DNA of 64,000 bases from Opitutales bacterium. Its GTDB lineage: Bacteria; Verrucomicrobiota; Verrucomicrobiia; Opitutales; PNEW01. Location: the NCBI GenBank assembly GCA_965197745.1, contig CBDANS010000007.1, forward strand, positions 608,001 through 672,000, written 5' to 3'. Shown in pieces: positions 28,192 through 39,324 of the stretch (positions are counted from its first letter, which is position 1; each line of letters starts with the position of its first letter). Below the pieces are notes generated by a model. It searched no databases, was not told the DNA's origin, and saw nothing but the letters and a program-made list of their open reading frames with translations. The position numbers and the translations under genes are program-made.

Positions 28192-29439
28192 TTAAGGAAT
28201 AAATGGAGTCTCGCGTTCTTGCTTAACGAGAGGCCGGTTTCCGTTTTCGGTTACGACAACCGCCTGTTCCGTATGAATCGCACTAGATCCGAGGTACGAG
28301 ATCATAGATTCCAAGTTGAATACCATTCCCGCCTCAAGGATGATATCTGAAGGTATATCCACGCAATCGTCGCGAATGCGCAGTCCGTTGTCTGCGACAA
28401 TAATAGGGTACTCGCGAACTTCCAGTCCATAACTGTGCCCATGGGGAAAAGAATCCATGATTCCGTTATCGTCGAGTGTCTGACGCATCGCATGCTGTAC
28501 TTCCGATGTTTTAACACCAGGATTGATTACTCCTTCAGCTGCATGCATCGCTGCGCGTAAGGCTCCATGCCGATCAAGAATCTCTTTCGATGGTTCACGC
28601 ATGGCTACGGTTGTGCCAGTATCGGAAAACTGGTGATTAAAGTAACAGCCATAATCGACATAAAACACATCGTCATCGCTGAACGCATATTCCACTTCGG
28701 CGGCGATACCAAATCCCCGGATCGAGTATAAAAAATGTTCAAAGTCACCGCCCTGTTCTGATACGCAGACACGGAAGTTTTGAACGAGTTCACTGGTGAG
28801 GCTTCCTGGTTTTAAAAGCGCGAGGCTTTCCATTGCCGCTTTCTCACTGATTTCAGCGCCGCGGGTTAAACTGGCGAGATCATCTTCGCTTTTCACCATT
28901 CTGATGAGCCGAATGAGATTCGTGCAATCTTTTACCGATGCCTTGGGTATTCCTTTGACAATCGCCGCTTCGGTATCCGCGGGTAAATTTTCCTTTTCCA
29001 GGCCGATGCGGGCTTCCAGCAATCCGCGGTCTTTTAAAATCTGGTGCAGAGCTTCGGTAGGGGTGGAACAGTTGTAAGGGTTTTTATGCAATTCGTGGAA
29101 GCTTTGAAATTGGTCAGGGAATTCCAGGGGGGAGAATGTCGAACGGTTAAATTCTGTAGAACCGCCGTAGGTATATATCTCGCGCACCCAATTGTCCGCC
29201 GCATTTAATGAAAAAAGGGGGTTGATGACGACCGCGGGATTACCTTCAAGAGGATAAACCGCGTAACCCTGAGCCAGTCGACTCGGAGCACCGGGAACCA
29301 TCATGTAGTCTTTGAAGAGCGGATCGATCCAGCAGTAGAAATCGGTGAAATAGGTGATATTGACGAAGGATGTAGCGATAAGAACATCCAGATCGTAGTT
29401 GCGCATATAGTCATCCGCGCGAGATTTATTAAAAAACAT
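28192..29439 (-). CDS. M24 (Xaa-Pro peptidase/creatinase-like) protein
   Basis: RMVKS, VDYG, SD, HGHSYGL, FNLE motifs. Confidence 0.85.
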   Translation of the reverse strand: MFFNKSRADDYMRNYDLDVLIATSFVNITYFTDFYCWIDPLFKDYMMVPGAPSRLAQGYAVYPLEGNPAVVINPLFSLNAADNWVREIYTYGGSTEFNRSTFSPLEFPDQFQSFHELHKNPYNCSTPTEALHQILKDRGLLEARIGLEKENLPADTEAAIVKGIPKASVKDCTNLIRLIRMVKSEDDLASLTRGAEISEKAAMESLALLKPGSLTSELVQNFRVCVSEQGGDFEHFLYSIRGFGIAAEVEYAFSDDDVFYVDYGCYFNHQFSDTGTTVAMREPSKEILDRHGALRAAMHAAEGVINPGVKTSEVQHAMRQTLDDNGIMDSFPHGHSYGLEVREYPIIVADNGLRIRDDCVDIPSDIILEAGMVFNLESMISYLGSSAIHTEQAVVVTENGNRPLVKQERETPFIP

Positions 29440-29493
29440 TAACTCTTTATAAAATAATATGAAAAACAGAGCGAGGGAAAGACGGAGCAGGTC

Positions 29494-30405
29494 TCAAGTA
29501 ATGCGTTGGCTGTCTTTTATATCAAAGGTAGGATTTTCGAGCGCTAATTGCTGATGATAGATTGAACTCGGTTTGTCTTCCCCGGGAACAGGAAAACGGA
29601 CGGGAACTTCGGCTACCCGCGGCTCGATGTTAATATCGCCCCGGATAAATTCTTCCTTAAACTGCTCCGTTCGATCATTTGCATTAGGTTTACCAAGGGT
29701 AATGAGCGGCCATGCGTCTAACGCACAGTATTGAGCGAGGAGAAGCCTGCGCGGGCGATTAGAGCTGTTAATGGATGAACCGTGAAGCGTGCGGACGTGA
29801 TGGATGGATATGCCACCGGCTTTCAGTTCAATCGGTACTGCACCCTCAGGTTTAAAATTGGGATCGGTTACTGCTCCGATAAATTTTCCGTTCTGATGAT
29901 GACTGTATATTTTACCTTTATGTGAACCGGGAATTACCATGAGACAACCATTTTCAGTGGTCATGTCGTCGATGGCGACGCCTACGGCAAGGAGGTCTTC
30001 ATTAGTGTGAGGATAAAAGGCCCAGTCCTGGTGCCATTGCACCGGGCTGCCTAGTTTATCCAATTTCATATTTAATTTATGCCCGTTACAGCGAAGATCA
30101 TAACCGATTAATTGTGATACGATATTAAGTATCAACTCGTGACGACGTGTGGCTTCATAAACTGGATGGTGTTTAAAAGGATTTTTAACGCGCCTGAGCT
30201 GAGGATTTTTCGAAGTGTGTTCAGGCTCCAAGTCGAAAACATCGTCCGATTCCGTAACGGCACGTGATTTCTCTACCAATTCGTCTGTCACCCGGCGAAG
30301 ATCGTTAACCTCCTTTTCAGTCAAGACTCCTTCGATACCCAAATATCCCTGGGTATTATAAAATTCTACTTGTTCTTCGGTTAGTGTGAGTTCGTCTATA
30401 AGCAT
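29494..30405 (-). CDS. PhyH-family dioxygenase
   Basis: WHQD, NGCLMVIPGSH, LHGS. Confidence 0.92.
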   Translation of the reverse strand: MLIDELTLTEEQVEFYNTQGYLGIEGVLTEKEVNDLRRVTDELVEKSRAVTESDDVFDLEPEHTSKNPQLRRVKNPFKHHPVYEATRRHELILNIVSQLIGYDLRCNGHKLNMKLDKLGSPVQWHQDWAFYPHTNEDLLAVGVAIDDMTTENGCLMVIPGSHKGKIYSHHQNGKFIGAVTDPNFKPEGAVPIELKAGGISIHHVRTLHGSSINSSNRPRRLLLAQYCALDAWPLITLGKPNANDRTEQFKEEFIRGDINIEPRVAEVPVRFPVPGEDKPSSIYHQQLALENPTFDIKDSQRIT

Positions 30406-30558
30406 GATAGAACCTTTGTCTGTTTAATAATGTATAATACAGAATAATAATTAAATAACCAACAAGGAGATAATATAGCTGTTACTCTGTGGCTGGCGAT
30501 AAGTCATTTTGAAGGTATTTTCGCGATTGTGAAGTTTATTTTTCACAAATGATTATTT

Positions 30559-31617
30559 ATGTGTAATGCTCGTAAAATGATACTGGGCATTGAAAGTTCC
30601 TGTGATGAATCTGCTTTAGCTCTATTTGATGAGAGAAACGGTCTCATCGGAGAATGGGTCCATTCCCAGATTGCTCTCCATGGAGAGTACGGGGGTATAG
30701 TTCCCGATTTAGCCAGTAGGGAACATTTAGATAATTTCCCCCATTTACTGGAAAAAATGCAATCATCACTCGATGGAAACAAAGTTGAAAGCATTGCCGT
30801 GACTTGTGGACCGGGACTTGCCGGTTGCCTGGCCCTGGGATTAGCGCTTGCTAAAAGCCTGGCCGTGGCGTGGAAGATCCCTGTAGTTGGAATCAATCAT
30901 TTGCGGGGACATGTTTTTTCTCCCTTTATTGCATTGCACCGTGACGATCCATTTAATTTCGATAAAAATCTACAGCAGCACTTACCCCATCTCGGTCTTA
31001 TTGTTTCGGGGGGTAATACCTTGCTCTTCAGATTGAATGAAGATCGTTCAATAAATGTGCTCGCCCAGACTATGGATGACGCTGCGGGGGAAGCCCTTGA
31101 TAAGGGCGCTAAACTGATGGGTATGAAATATCCGGGAGGCCCTCTAATCGAAGAACGCGCCAGGCAGGGTGATAAAAATGCTTTTGATTTCCCCAAAGCC
31201 TATTTCGATAGCGCTGAGCTGAAATTCAGTTTTTCCGGTTTGAAAACAAGCTTACGCTATCGCCTGGAAAAAATGACGGACTCCGAATTTGAAGCTTCAA
31301 GGGACGATATCTGTGCCAGTTACCAGGAAGCGGTCATCCAGGCTCTGGCTCGTAAAACTTACCAGGCGATAGAGAGTCAATCGTTTGCCAGTTTAGGACT
31401 TTCCGGCGGAGTCGCTAACAATAAATATTTACGCGCTGTTTTTTCGCGTATGGGTGATAGGAAAAGCATTCCCTTGTTTATCGCCGATCCATCCCACACC
31501 GGTGATAATGCTGCGATGATCGCTTTTGCTGCTTATGCCGATCCGTCCGGTACTTTGTCCGCGTCCCATCTGAACCTCCCTCTTTATGCATCAATGCCTT
31601 TGGGTTCTGACCCTTAA
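30559..31617 (+). CDS. tsaD: tRNA threonylcarbamoyltransferase
   Basis: GIESSCDE, GGIVPDLASREH, HLRGH, DDAAGEALDK, FSFSGLKT. Confidence 0.95.
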   Translation: MCNARKMILGIESSCDESALALFDERNGLIGEWVHSQIALHGEYGGIVPDLASREHLDNFPHLLEKMQSSLDGNKVESIAVTCGPGLAGCLALGLALAKSLAVAWKIPVVGINHLRGHVFSPFIALHRDDPFNFDKNLQQHLPHLGLIVSGGNTLLFRLNEDRSINVLAQTMDDAAGEALDKGAKLMGMKYPGGPLIEERARQGDKNAFDFPKAYFDSAELKFSFSGLKTSLRYRLEKMTDSEFEASRDDICASYQEAVIQALARKTYQAIESQSFASLGLSGGVANNKYLRAVFSRMGDRKSIPLFIADPSHTGDNAAMIAFAAYADPSGTLSASHLNLPLYASMPLGSDP

Positions 31618-31693
31618 CCTCCAATCGAGGGGTGTGAATGAAGTAGTAATGACGCTTCTTCCATGGATTATTTATAGATGATCATACATCCCT

Positions 31694-31858
31694 GCGGCCA
31701 CGACAACGCGTGGCCCTCCCGAAGAGGTTAATTGTGGGGAGGGCCACGCGTTGTCGTAGCCGATCCGGGTGAGAGTTAAAACATGGAGGGCCACGCATCG
31801 TCGTGGCCGGTTACGGAAGAGTTTAATACATCGAGGACCACAGAGTCGTCGTGGCTGT
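31694..31858. repeat. Four REP-like units (family A; one inverted, three tandem)
   Basis: GGAGGGCCACGC..GTCGT(A/G)GCCG units with related linkers (GAGAGTTAAAACAT / GAAGAGTTTAATACAT). Confidence 0.8.
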
Positions 31859-32104
31859 TTAGAAGCATGAGCGGACCCTGTTTTCCCCTCGTTGAGTTGA
31901 CCTTAAGACGATTCATATTATCCCGGTCTTCGTCTTTATTCCGATTGTAATTAATTATGGTGATTCAATTTTCCGGATGATGAGATGGGAAAAAATATCA
32001 ACCCTTCATTCTGGCATGTTGGTAATTCGGCTTTTATCTTTACTATATCACCTTATATAGTAAATTTATCCTTTTGAAGATTACTGAAATCTAATTCGTA
32101 GAGC

Positions 32105-33817
32105 ATGAGTTTAGAGACGGAAGAAGCGCAAAATCTCTCCAAAGTTGAGAAAATCAAGGATGCGAGCAATTATCTGCGAGGCACAATACTAGAGGGTCTA
32201 GCGGATAGCACGACGGGTGCTATTGCTGCCGATGACACTCAGCTGACCAAATTTCATGGCATATACCAGCAGGACGACCGTGATATTCGACGTGAACGGC
32301 GCCAGCAGAAACTGGAGAAAGCGTATATATTTATGGTGCGCATTCGTGTTCCGGGTGGCATTTGCAGTACCGAAAGTTGGCTCGCTATTGACAGGATTGC
32401 CGATAAAAACGCCAACGGCACCATGCGGTTGACGACCCGTCAATCATTCCAACTCCACGGGGTCATAAAGGGTAACCTCAAAAAGACGGTGAAGGAGGTC
32501 AATGAGGGATTACTCGACACGCTGGCTGCATGCGGTGATGTCAATCGCAATGTCATGTGCAATCCTAACCCCCATCAATCGGAATTACATGGAAAGATAT
32601 ATGAAATCGCGAATACCATCAGCAACCATATGTCTCCACGAACGCATGCCTACCATGAAATGTGGCTTGATGGAGAATTGGTAAGCGGTGGCGAAGAGGA
32701 TAAAAATGTAGAACCAATATACGGAAAAACCTACCTTCCGAGAAAATTCAAAACCTCCATCGCGGTTCCACCCAGTAATGATGTTGACGTATACTCGCAG
32801 GACCTGGGGTTTATTGCCATCATCGAGGATGGCGATCTTGCTGGTTTTAATGTTACGGTGGGTGGAGGCTTGGGGATGGACCATAATAAACCGAATACAT
32901 TTCCCCGCCTTGGCGATGTAATAGGTTATATCTCACCTCATCAGGTTATTCCCATCGCGGAGGCCGTAGTGACCACGCAACGGGACTATGGTGACCGAAG
33001 TAATCGCAAACATGCGCGCCTGAAGTATACGATTGAAGACAGGGGAATTGACTGGTTTAAAGCTGAAGTCGAATCTCGATCGGGGATAAATCTTCAAGCA
33101 GAGCGCCCCTTTAAATTTACTACCACCGCGGACCGTTACGGTTGGAGTAAGGGGACCAACGGTTATTGGAACCTGAATTTATTTATTGAGAACGGCCGGA
33201 TTAAGGATAACGGAGATCTAAGAATTAAATCCGGTTTAAGGGAAATCGCCAGAATCCACAAAGGTGATTTTCGCATAACCCCCAATCAAAACCTGATTAT
33301 TGGGAATATTGCGGAGGAGGATCGGCTGGCGATAGATGATCTGCTAAAGGAATACAAAATAATCGAGAGCTATAATCAAACGGGTTTAAGACTTAATTCC
33401 ATGGCTTGTGTGGCGATGCCGACATGTGGCCTTGCTCTTGCGGAAAGCGAGCGTCAACTTCCTGAAATTATAGATGAACTTGATAAAGTGATAGAAGAGT
33501 CCGGATTACGAGATGATGCCATATGTATACGCATGACCGGTTGTCCAAACGGTTGCGCGCGTCCTTATATCGGTGAAATTGGATTAGTGGGACGTTCGCC
33601 GGGGAAGTATAATATTTATCTGGGTGCCAAGATAGACGGTACGCGGCTTAATAAATTATATAAAAAAGCGGACAGTGTCGAAGAGATCATTGATGAATTG
33701 GCACCGATCATACGGCATTATGCGAAGGAAAGGGAAACCGGAGAAGAGTTCGGTGATTTTGTAATTCGTAAGAATTATGTTAAAGCTACACTTGCCGGGC
33801 GAGAGTTTCACAATTGA
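32105..33817 (+). CDS. cysI: Assimilatory sulfite reductase hemoprotein subunit
   Basis: FHGIYQQDDRD, ACGDVNRN, CVAMPTC, GCPNGC. Confidence 0.96.
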   Translation: MSLETEEAQNLSKVEKIKDASNYLRGTILEGLADSTTGAIAADDTQLTKFHGIYQQDDRDIRRERRQQKLEKAYIFMVRIRVPGGICSTESWLAIDRIADKNANGTMRLTTRQSFQLHGVIKGNLKKTVKEVNEGLLDTLAACGDVNRNVMCNPNPHQSELHGKIYEIANTISNHMSPRTHAYHEMWLDGELVSGGEEDKNVEPIYGKTYLPRKFKTSIAVPPSNDVDVYSQDLGFIAIIEDGDLAGFNVTVGGGLGMDHNKPNTFPRLGDVIGYISPHQVIPIAEAVVTTQRDYGDRSNRKHARLKYTIEDRGIDWFKAEVESRSGINLQAERPFKFTTTADRYGWSKGTNGYWNLNLFIENGRIKDNGDLRIKSGLREIARIHKGDFRITPNQNLIIGNIAEEDRLAIDDLLKEYKIIESYNQTGLRLNSMACVAMPTCGLALAESERQLPEIIDELDKVIEESGLRDDAICIRMTGCPNGCARPYIGEIGLVGRSPGKYNIYLGAKIDGTRLNKLYKKADSVEEIIDELAPIIRHYAKERETGEEFGDFVIRKNYVKATLAGREFHN

Positions 33818-33820
33818 TGC

Positions 33821-34794
33821 GTGCAAACGATAAATATTGCAGCATTTGAAGAACAGGCAGAGGTATTCGATCTTTCGATAGCTGCAACACCGAAAATTTC
33901 AACTTATTGTTCGGGCAGCGATTGGATATTATCTGCTCACGAACATTTACACCCCACACGTGGATCTCAAGTGTATGAGGAAGATGGGCACTGGTTAACA
34001 TTAACCCAGGGGCCGCTTTATCACCTTAATCATGTCTTGCAGCCGATGGAGTCGACCTGGTGTTTTAGTTGTCCTCTCATTGGCCCTGATCCGAGACAGA
34101 GTGTCAGTCTATTGCGAAGAATACTGTCATACGGGGAAAATAAGAGGAGACTTTTATTGTTGGGTGGACTCCCGAGGGGGTCAAAATTACATGCCCTATG
34201 CCACCAGCATTTAAGTAGGACGCATCGGGTTCAAGCCTTTCCAGGGAGTGATTGTAACGAGGCAAGCCTCGAAGGGGGCATCGATGGCTATCTTGCCCGG
34301 CGCAGTATTCGATTTCGCGCATCGTTGCGGTCTGGAATACGAAAATTTGAAAAAGCGGGTTTTATTTTTGAAAGAATAACTCGAGATAGCATGGAAAACT
34401 CTATTCTCAATCGCTTGCTATCGATTGAAATGCGGTCGTGGAAACAAGGCGCCGGTGAGAGTGTATTCCGGCATCATGATCACTACCGATTTTACCGTGA
34501 TCTTATTCGTCGGGCGGAACAGAGAGGTTCAATGCGTGCGATATTTGTTAAGCGTGGTAGTGAAGATAGCGCTTACGTTATAGGAGGTGTCCTAGGTGCT
34601 ACTTACCGTGGTTTTCAAATGGTTATGACGCTTCTTTAACCTCGATGGGATTGGGAAATCTGGTCCAATATAATATGATTCAATGGCTGTGTGATGAAGG
34701 GGTTAAAAAATACGATTTGGGCATGGATATGCCCTATAAAAGACGGTGGGCGGAAAATCGTCTGGAATTTATAAATCTCTTCGTTTCCCCTTGA
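33821..34794 (+). CDS. GNAT (CelD/BcsL-like) acetyltransferase, apparent frameshift near 34621
   Basis: A shifted frame continues GYDASL...YDLGMDMPYKRRW to TGA at 34794. Confidence 0.7.
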
Positions 34795-34880
34795 TGGATT
34801 ATAAATGGATTGTGCTTAGATAAACTTCATTTTCGTCTCAGATAATTTTAGGCAACTTTAAATCATAATTATTGCAATCC

Positions 34881-34958
34881 AAGGTGGAGCGGGCTGTCCC
34901 CAGCACGCTTCTTCTCATAGGAAGAATCAAACGCGCTAGGGACAGCGCGTTCAACCTT
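34881..34958. repeat. REP-like doublet (family B)
   Basis: AAGGTGGAGCGGGCTGTCCCCAGCACG...CGCGCTAGGGACAGCGCGTTCAACCTT inverted pair. Confidence 0.65.
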
Positions 34959-35000
34959 GATATTATTGTCAATATATGGTGTGACGAAAACGAAGCGTTT

Positions 35001-35426
35001 TCAGTCGAAAAGACCGATTCTCCTCGTGTGTCTTTCCCCCTCGAAAGCGGTAACCAACCATGTTTTTACTACTTCGAGAGCAGTCTCTTCTGAGATCATT
35101 CGTTGGCCAATTGATATCATATTGGCATCGTTGTGCGCGCGGCTAAGGCTGGCAGTTTCGACATTCCAGCAGAGTGCGCAACGAATACCCTTAACTTTAT
35201 TGGCGCACATCGCCTCACCATTACCTGATCCTCCGAGAACGATACCGCGTTCACATTCCCCGCTCGCAACCGATTCAGCTGCTGGTTGTATAAATTTTGG
35301 GTAGTCTACGGATTCATTGCTATGCGTGCCGAAATCTTTAACCGTATGTCCTTCTTCAATAAGCATTCCCTTGATCGCTTCTTTGTATTCGAAGCCGGCG
35401 TGATCAGTCCCTAAAGCGATTTTCAT
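35001..35426 (-). CDS. rpiB: Ribose-5-phosphate isomerase B
   Basis: MKIALGTDHAG, DYP, GSGNG, HNDAN, RHTRRI; start moved to 35426. Confidence 0.95.
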   Translation of the reverse strand: MKIALGTDHAGFEYKEAIKGMLIEEGHTVKDFGTHSNESVDYPKFIQPAAESVASGECERGIVLGGSGNGEAMCANKVKGIRCALCWNVETASLSRAHNDANMISIGQRMISEETALEVVKTWLVTAFEGERHTRRIGLFD

Positions 35427-35854
35427 GTTCAATAAAAATAGTTGGATGATGCATAAGAATGCAAATATTTTAAGATATATGATATAAATTAACATAGTCT
35501 TTTACCGTAATGATTATGAAGATGAGGGCTGAATACTACGCCTCTTAAATTACTTAACCGTCTCCAGGGGCCCACCATTTTTAAACAATTTTCACATCCC
35601 AATGAGGAATAAGCTATTGCCAGAAATAAAGGGATTGGTTACTGGCATGTATCTATGGGGACTTACCCTACACTAACTTAAGTATTAATCATAGATTAGC
35701 GCACCTCCCTACGATCTTTTAGATGGAAGTTTTAAATAGGATTCGGACAATAAACCCGGGGTGGTATTAAGCCTGATAAAAAAATTAGTTTGTTTCAGCC
35801 AGGGGCCTGATTAAATTAGTTATAGAATGTGATTTTTTCCACTACCAACTAATC

Positions 35855-37015
35855 GTGAAAATCCTTCACCGTTACATTTTTCGGTCAGTCTTATTCGCCA
35901 GTCTCGCTGCGGTTGGCCTCTTTGTTTTCCTTTTATTGGCCGGCAACATTCTTAAAGACATTATTGGGTTACTCATGACCGGCCGTTTAAACCTGCAAAT
36001 GTTTATGCAGCTGATGTTACTGCTGATCCCCTATGTCGTTTCCTATGCATTGCCATTAGGTATATTAACAGGCCTATTGATGATACTGGGGCGCCTGTCC
36101 GCACAGCGTGAAGTAGTGGCCTTAAAGACCGCGGGGTTGTCGCTCTGGCATATCGCGGCACCTGTAGTGGCTATAGCAATGCTCGGTGTCGCGCTCTCCG
36201 CGTTGATCAATTGTTATTATGCCCCAGAAGCTAAGACGCGATATCGCAATCTCCTTTCCAATGTGGTACGGCAATCACCCTTGAGTTTTGTCACACCTAA
36301 GACCTTTATTCATGAATTCACGGGATACGTCCTCTATGTGGGAGCAAAGAGTGGAAACTCATTACAGGATTTTTGGATATGGGAGCTCGACAAAGACTAC
36401 AACGCGATAAAACTGCTTCGAGCCCGGCAAGGGAAATTCGAATATGATGAAAAAGGGGATGCCCTTATTCTCACGCTTATCGATGGTTTCTCGGAATTAC
36501 GCAGTACTAGAAATCCCGATGAGCTGCAACACATTCGCCCAAGTGTGTCATTTGGGGTAGCCCGTTTACGCTTGCCCCTCGATCGGCTATTAGGTCGTAA
36601 GAGCAGCTATGTCAGCCTCTCTACCCTAAATTTAAATCAGTTGCTTGAACGTAAAGATGCATTATCAGAAAAAATAGATGAACTTGAAAGCGGGGTTGAT
36701 GAACTCACACGTGACAAGACGGTGGCGGAAAAAATAAAAGTGCAGATGCAAATCCAGAAAAATCTAGCCATGGCATTTTCCGTTCTCTCATTGACTTTAA
36801 TCGGCATACCTCTGGGCATCAAAGTCAGCCGAAAAGAGACCTATGCGAACTTCAGTTTGGCGCTAGCTCTTGCTATGGGTTATTATTTTCTTATTATCAT
36901 CGTGGGATGGATGGAGAAAGAACCCCAGTTACGTCCCGATCTTATTATCTGGTTACCCAATATTCTCTTTCAAGCGACAGGACTATGGCTTTTTGTCCGC
37001 GCTAACCAATATTAA
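35855..37015 (+). CDS. LptF/LptG-family permease
   Basis: ILHRYI, GRLSAQREVVALKTAG, IGIPLG, WLPN motifs. Confidence 0.88.
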   Translation: MKILHRYIFRSVLFASLAAVGLFVFLLLAGNILKDIIGLLMTGRLNLQMFMQLMLLLIPYVVSYALPLGILTGLLMILGRLSAQREVVALKTAGLSLWHIAAPVVAIAMLGVALSALINCYYAPEAKTRYRNLLSNVVRQSPLSFVTPKTFIHEFTGYVLYVGAKSGNSLQDFWIWELDKDYNAIKLLRARQGKFEYDEKGDALILTLIDGFSELRSTRNPDELQHIRPSVSFGVARLRLPLDRLLGRKSSYVSLSTLNLNQLLERKDALSEKIDELESGVDELTRDKTVAEKIKVQMQIQKNLAMAFSVLSLTLIGIPLGIKVSRKETYANFSLALALAMGYYFLIIIVGWMEKEPQLRPDLIIWLPNILFQATGLWLFVRANQY

Positions 37016-37024
37016 ATAATAGAG

Positions 37025-37256
37025 CTTCGTCTTCGTCTGCCAGATGATTTCACCCCGGAGGGGTGCAACAATCATAGCCCACAGCGTTAGCTGTGGAAAA
37101 TAATTGTCGGAAAAATCAGCTCCAGCGGGGCGACACAAACCGGATTGACAGTCTATTTGTGTCGCCCCTCCGGAGCTATGAAAATGGGTGGTACATCATC
37201 ATACCCATTGCTTGCGCCATGGGCTAATTATGATACCCCCCCTCCGGGGCTTGGAT
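37025..37256 (+). repeat. ~230-bp composite palindromic element, copy 1
   Basis: Reverse-complement match to 51500-51729; several CCCCGGAGGGG / GCCCCTCCGG palindromes. Confidence 0.85.
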
Positions 37257-37414
37257 ATAGCTGTTTTATTGTTATACAATAAATCTTCATCTTCGTTTGT
37301 CTCATCGACCCTTAATTGAGATAGCCACAAGAGTCATAAATATCACAAGAAAAAATGTTTTGAGTATAACTTTTATTCTCTAAATTTTTACTTATTGTAT
37401 CATCATGCTCCAAA

Positions 37415-37479
37415 GCGGACGCGACGGAGCGCGTCCCTCCAGAGTAAGAAAATGGAGGGCCACGCAATGCCGTGGCCAC
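37415..37479. repeat. REP-like doublet (family A)
   Basis: GCGGACGCGACGGAGCGCGTCCCTCCA...TGGAGGGCCACGC. Confidence 0.75.
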
Positions 37480-37587
37480 TAGAAAGTTTGCGCTATAGTC
37501 TAAGATTTAGCACTTACTATGATATATTTAATTTAAGGACTAAGACAAAGCTCTAGCGCTATTATCAAACCTTCGGGTCCCTGAACC

Positions 37588-37833
37588 CTAACGATCATTT
37601 TCAGAATCAAAGGTTTCAAACTCTAGCTTGTCCTTATCTTTTTTTAATTTATCGATTTTTAATTCAGCATCCTTGAGACGTTTTTGACAGGTGATGAGTA
37701 GTTTATTTCCTTCTTCAAATTTAGAGACTAATTCGGCCAGTGGAATTTCACCGCTTTCCATCGACTCGACAATAGCTTCCAGGTGTTCTAGTGATTCTTC
37801 GAAATTAGGGCTTTCTGATTTTTTTGCGCTCAT
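37588..37833 (-). CDS. xseB: Exodeoxyribonuclease VII small subunit
   Basis: FEESLEHLEAIVESMESGEIPLAELVSKFEEG. Confidence 0.93.
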   Translation of the reverse strand: MSAKKSESPNFEESLEHLEAIVESMESGEIPLAELVSKFEEGNKLLITCQKRLKDAELKIDKLKKDKDKLEFETFDSENDR

Positions 37834-38013
37834 TTCGATTTAGGTTTAAGTCAAAAAGTCAAAAAGTCAAAAGGGATAAAACGGATAGGTGAAAATGCGA
37901 GAAAACGGTCCCGGTATAGCCCTCTTCCGTCCGCTCCTAATATTCGCGTTTCTCTTAATAATCAAACGACAATGCCTTCATAAATCTTGAACGATCTAAT
38001 TTACACTGACAAG

Positions 38014-39292
38014 ATGCCTATAGAACTATTGATATTACACAATCATCGCGATTTTTATAATCCTCTTAATTGCCAAGCTTGTTACCGAGCTGTGGCTCGA
38101 TGAACTTAATCGAAAAGAAGTAAATAACAATGCACAATCAGTGCCTGAAGCTTTTCGTGAATTCATCGACCCTCCAACCTATGAAAAGTCAGTAGCTTAC
38201 ACTTTGGCAAAAAATCGATTTAGTAGAATAGAATCGATTTTTGATGCATCCCTTCTCGCGATAATTATTTTAAGCGGATTTTTACCATGGCTATATGAAG
38301 GGCTGTCACAGTTAATCGGGCATACAATTTGGGCACAGGCTATAATTCTGATTGCCATTGGCGTTATCCTCGGAATCCCTTCTATTCCTTTTGATTGGTG
38401 GGATCAGTTTCGACTCGAAGAACGATTTGGTTTTAACAAAAGCAGTACGAAACTTTGGATTACGGATAAAGTGAAAGGAATGTTGATCGGCCTGATTATC
38501 GGTTACCCGATGCTCTGTATCCTCCTATGGCTTGTTCATCTTCCACAATGGTGGATATGGGCTTTCATTATATTTTTTTGTTTCCAACTTTTAATGATGG
38601 TCATTTACCCCATGTTTATAATGCCGGTATTCAATAAGTTTGAACCGTTACCTGCAGGTGATCTGCGGGAACGGTTGATGGCACTTGCTGATCGTACAGG
38701 ATTTAAAGCAAAGACCATACTCGTCATGGATGGAAGCAAACGTTCGGCACATTCCAATGCCTTCTTCACCGGATTTGGAAAAATACGTCGAATCGTTCTT
38801 TATGACACGCTTATGGAACAGTTAAATCCCGAAGAACTTGAAGCGGTGTTAGCGCATGAAATCGGCCATTATAAATTAGGGCATATTCCTAAAATGATAT
38901 TCATTTCAGCAGTTTTCATGTTGATAGGCTTTTGGGCCCTTGCAAAGTTGGCGGAGAGTGCCTGGTTTTACGTCGGGTTTTCATTTCAACCTGACAGTGA
39001 TATAGCAGTCGCTTTTTTGTTATTTACTCTATTGAGCGGTCTTCTGACCTTTTGGTTATCGCCTTTAATAAATCGTTGGTCCCGCAAACACGAGTTTGAA
39101 GCAGATAGCTTTTCAAGCGATGCCATAAATACCTATAAACCACTGGTAAATTCTTTGAGAAAACTGTCGGAAAAGAATCTCAGTAATCTTACACCTCATC
39201 CGCTTTACAGTCATTTCCATTACTCTCACCCGACGCTTCTGGAGCGAGAACATGCCTTGGCTGCTTCCCCATCCCAAGGGGCTGCAAGATAA
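38014..39292 (+). CDS. M48 (Ste24-like) metallopeptidase; 5' end appears frameshifted near 38030
   Basis: RSAHSNAFFTG, HEIGH, EFEAD, SHP; frame open back to 38033, ATG at 38014 lies in the adjacent frame. Confidence 0.88.
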
Positions 39293-39324
39293 GACAGTAT
39301 TTACTTTTAATAAGTAACCTGGTC

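Noticed and set aside
31694..31858. Mini CRISPR array
   Set aside because: Units are degenerate, one is inverted, the linkers resemble each other, and the same motif occurs as REP doublets elsewhere.
31860..32104. SAM or other riboswitch upstream of cysI
   Set aside because: No conserved aptamer motifs could be identified.
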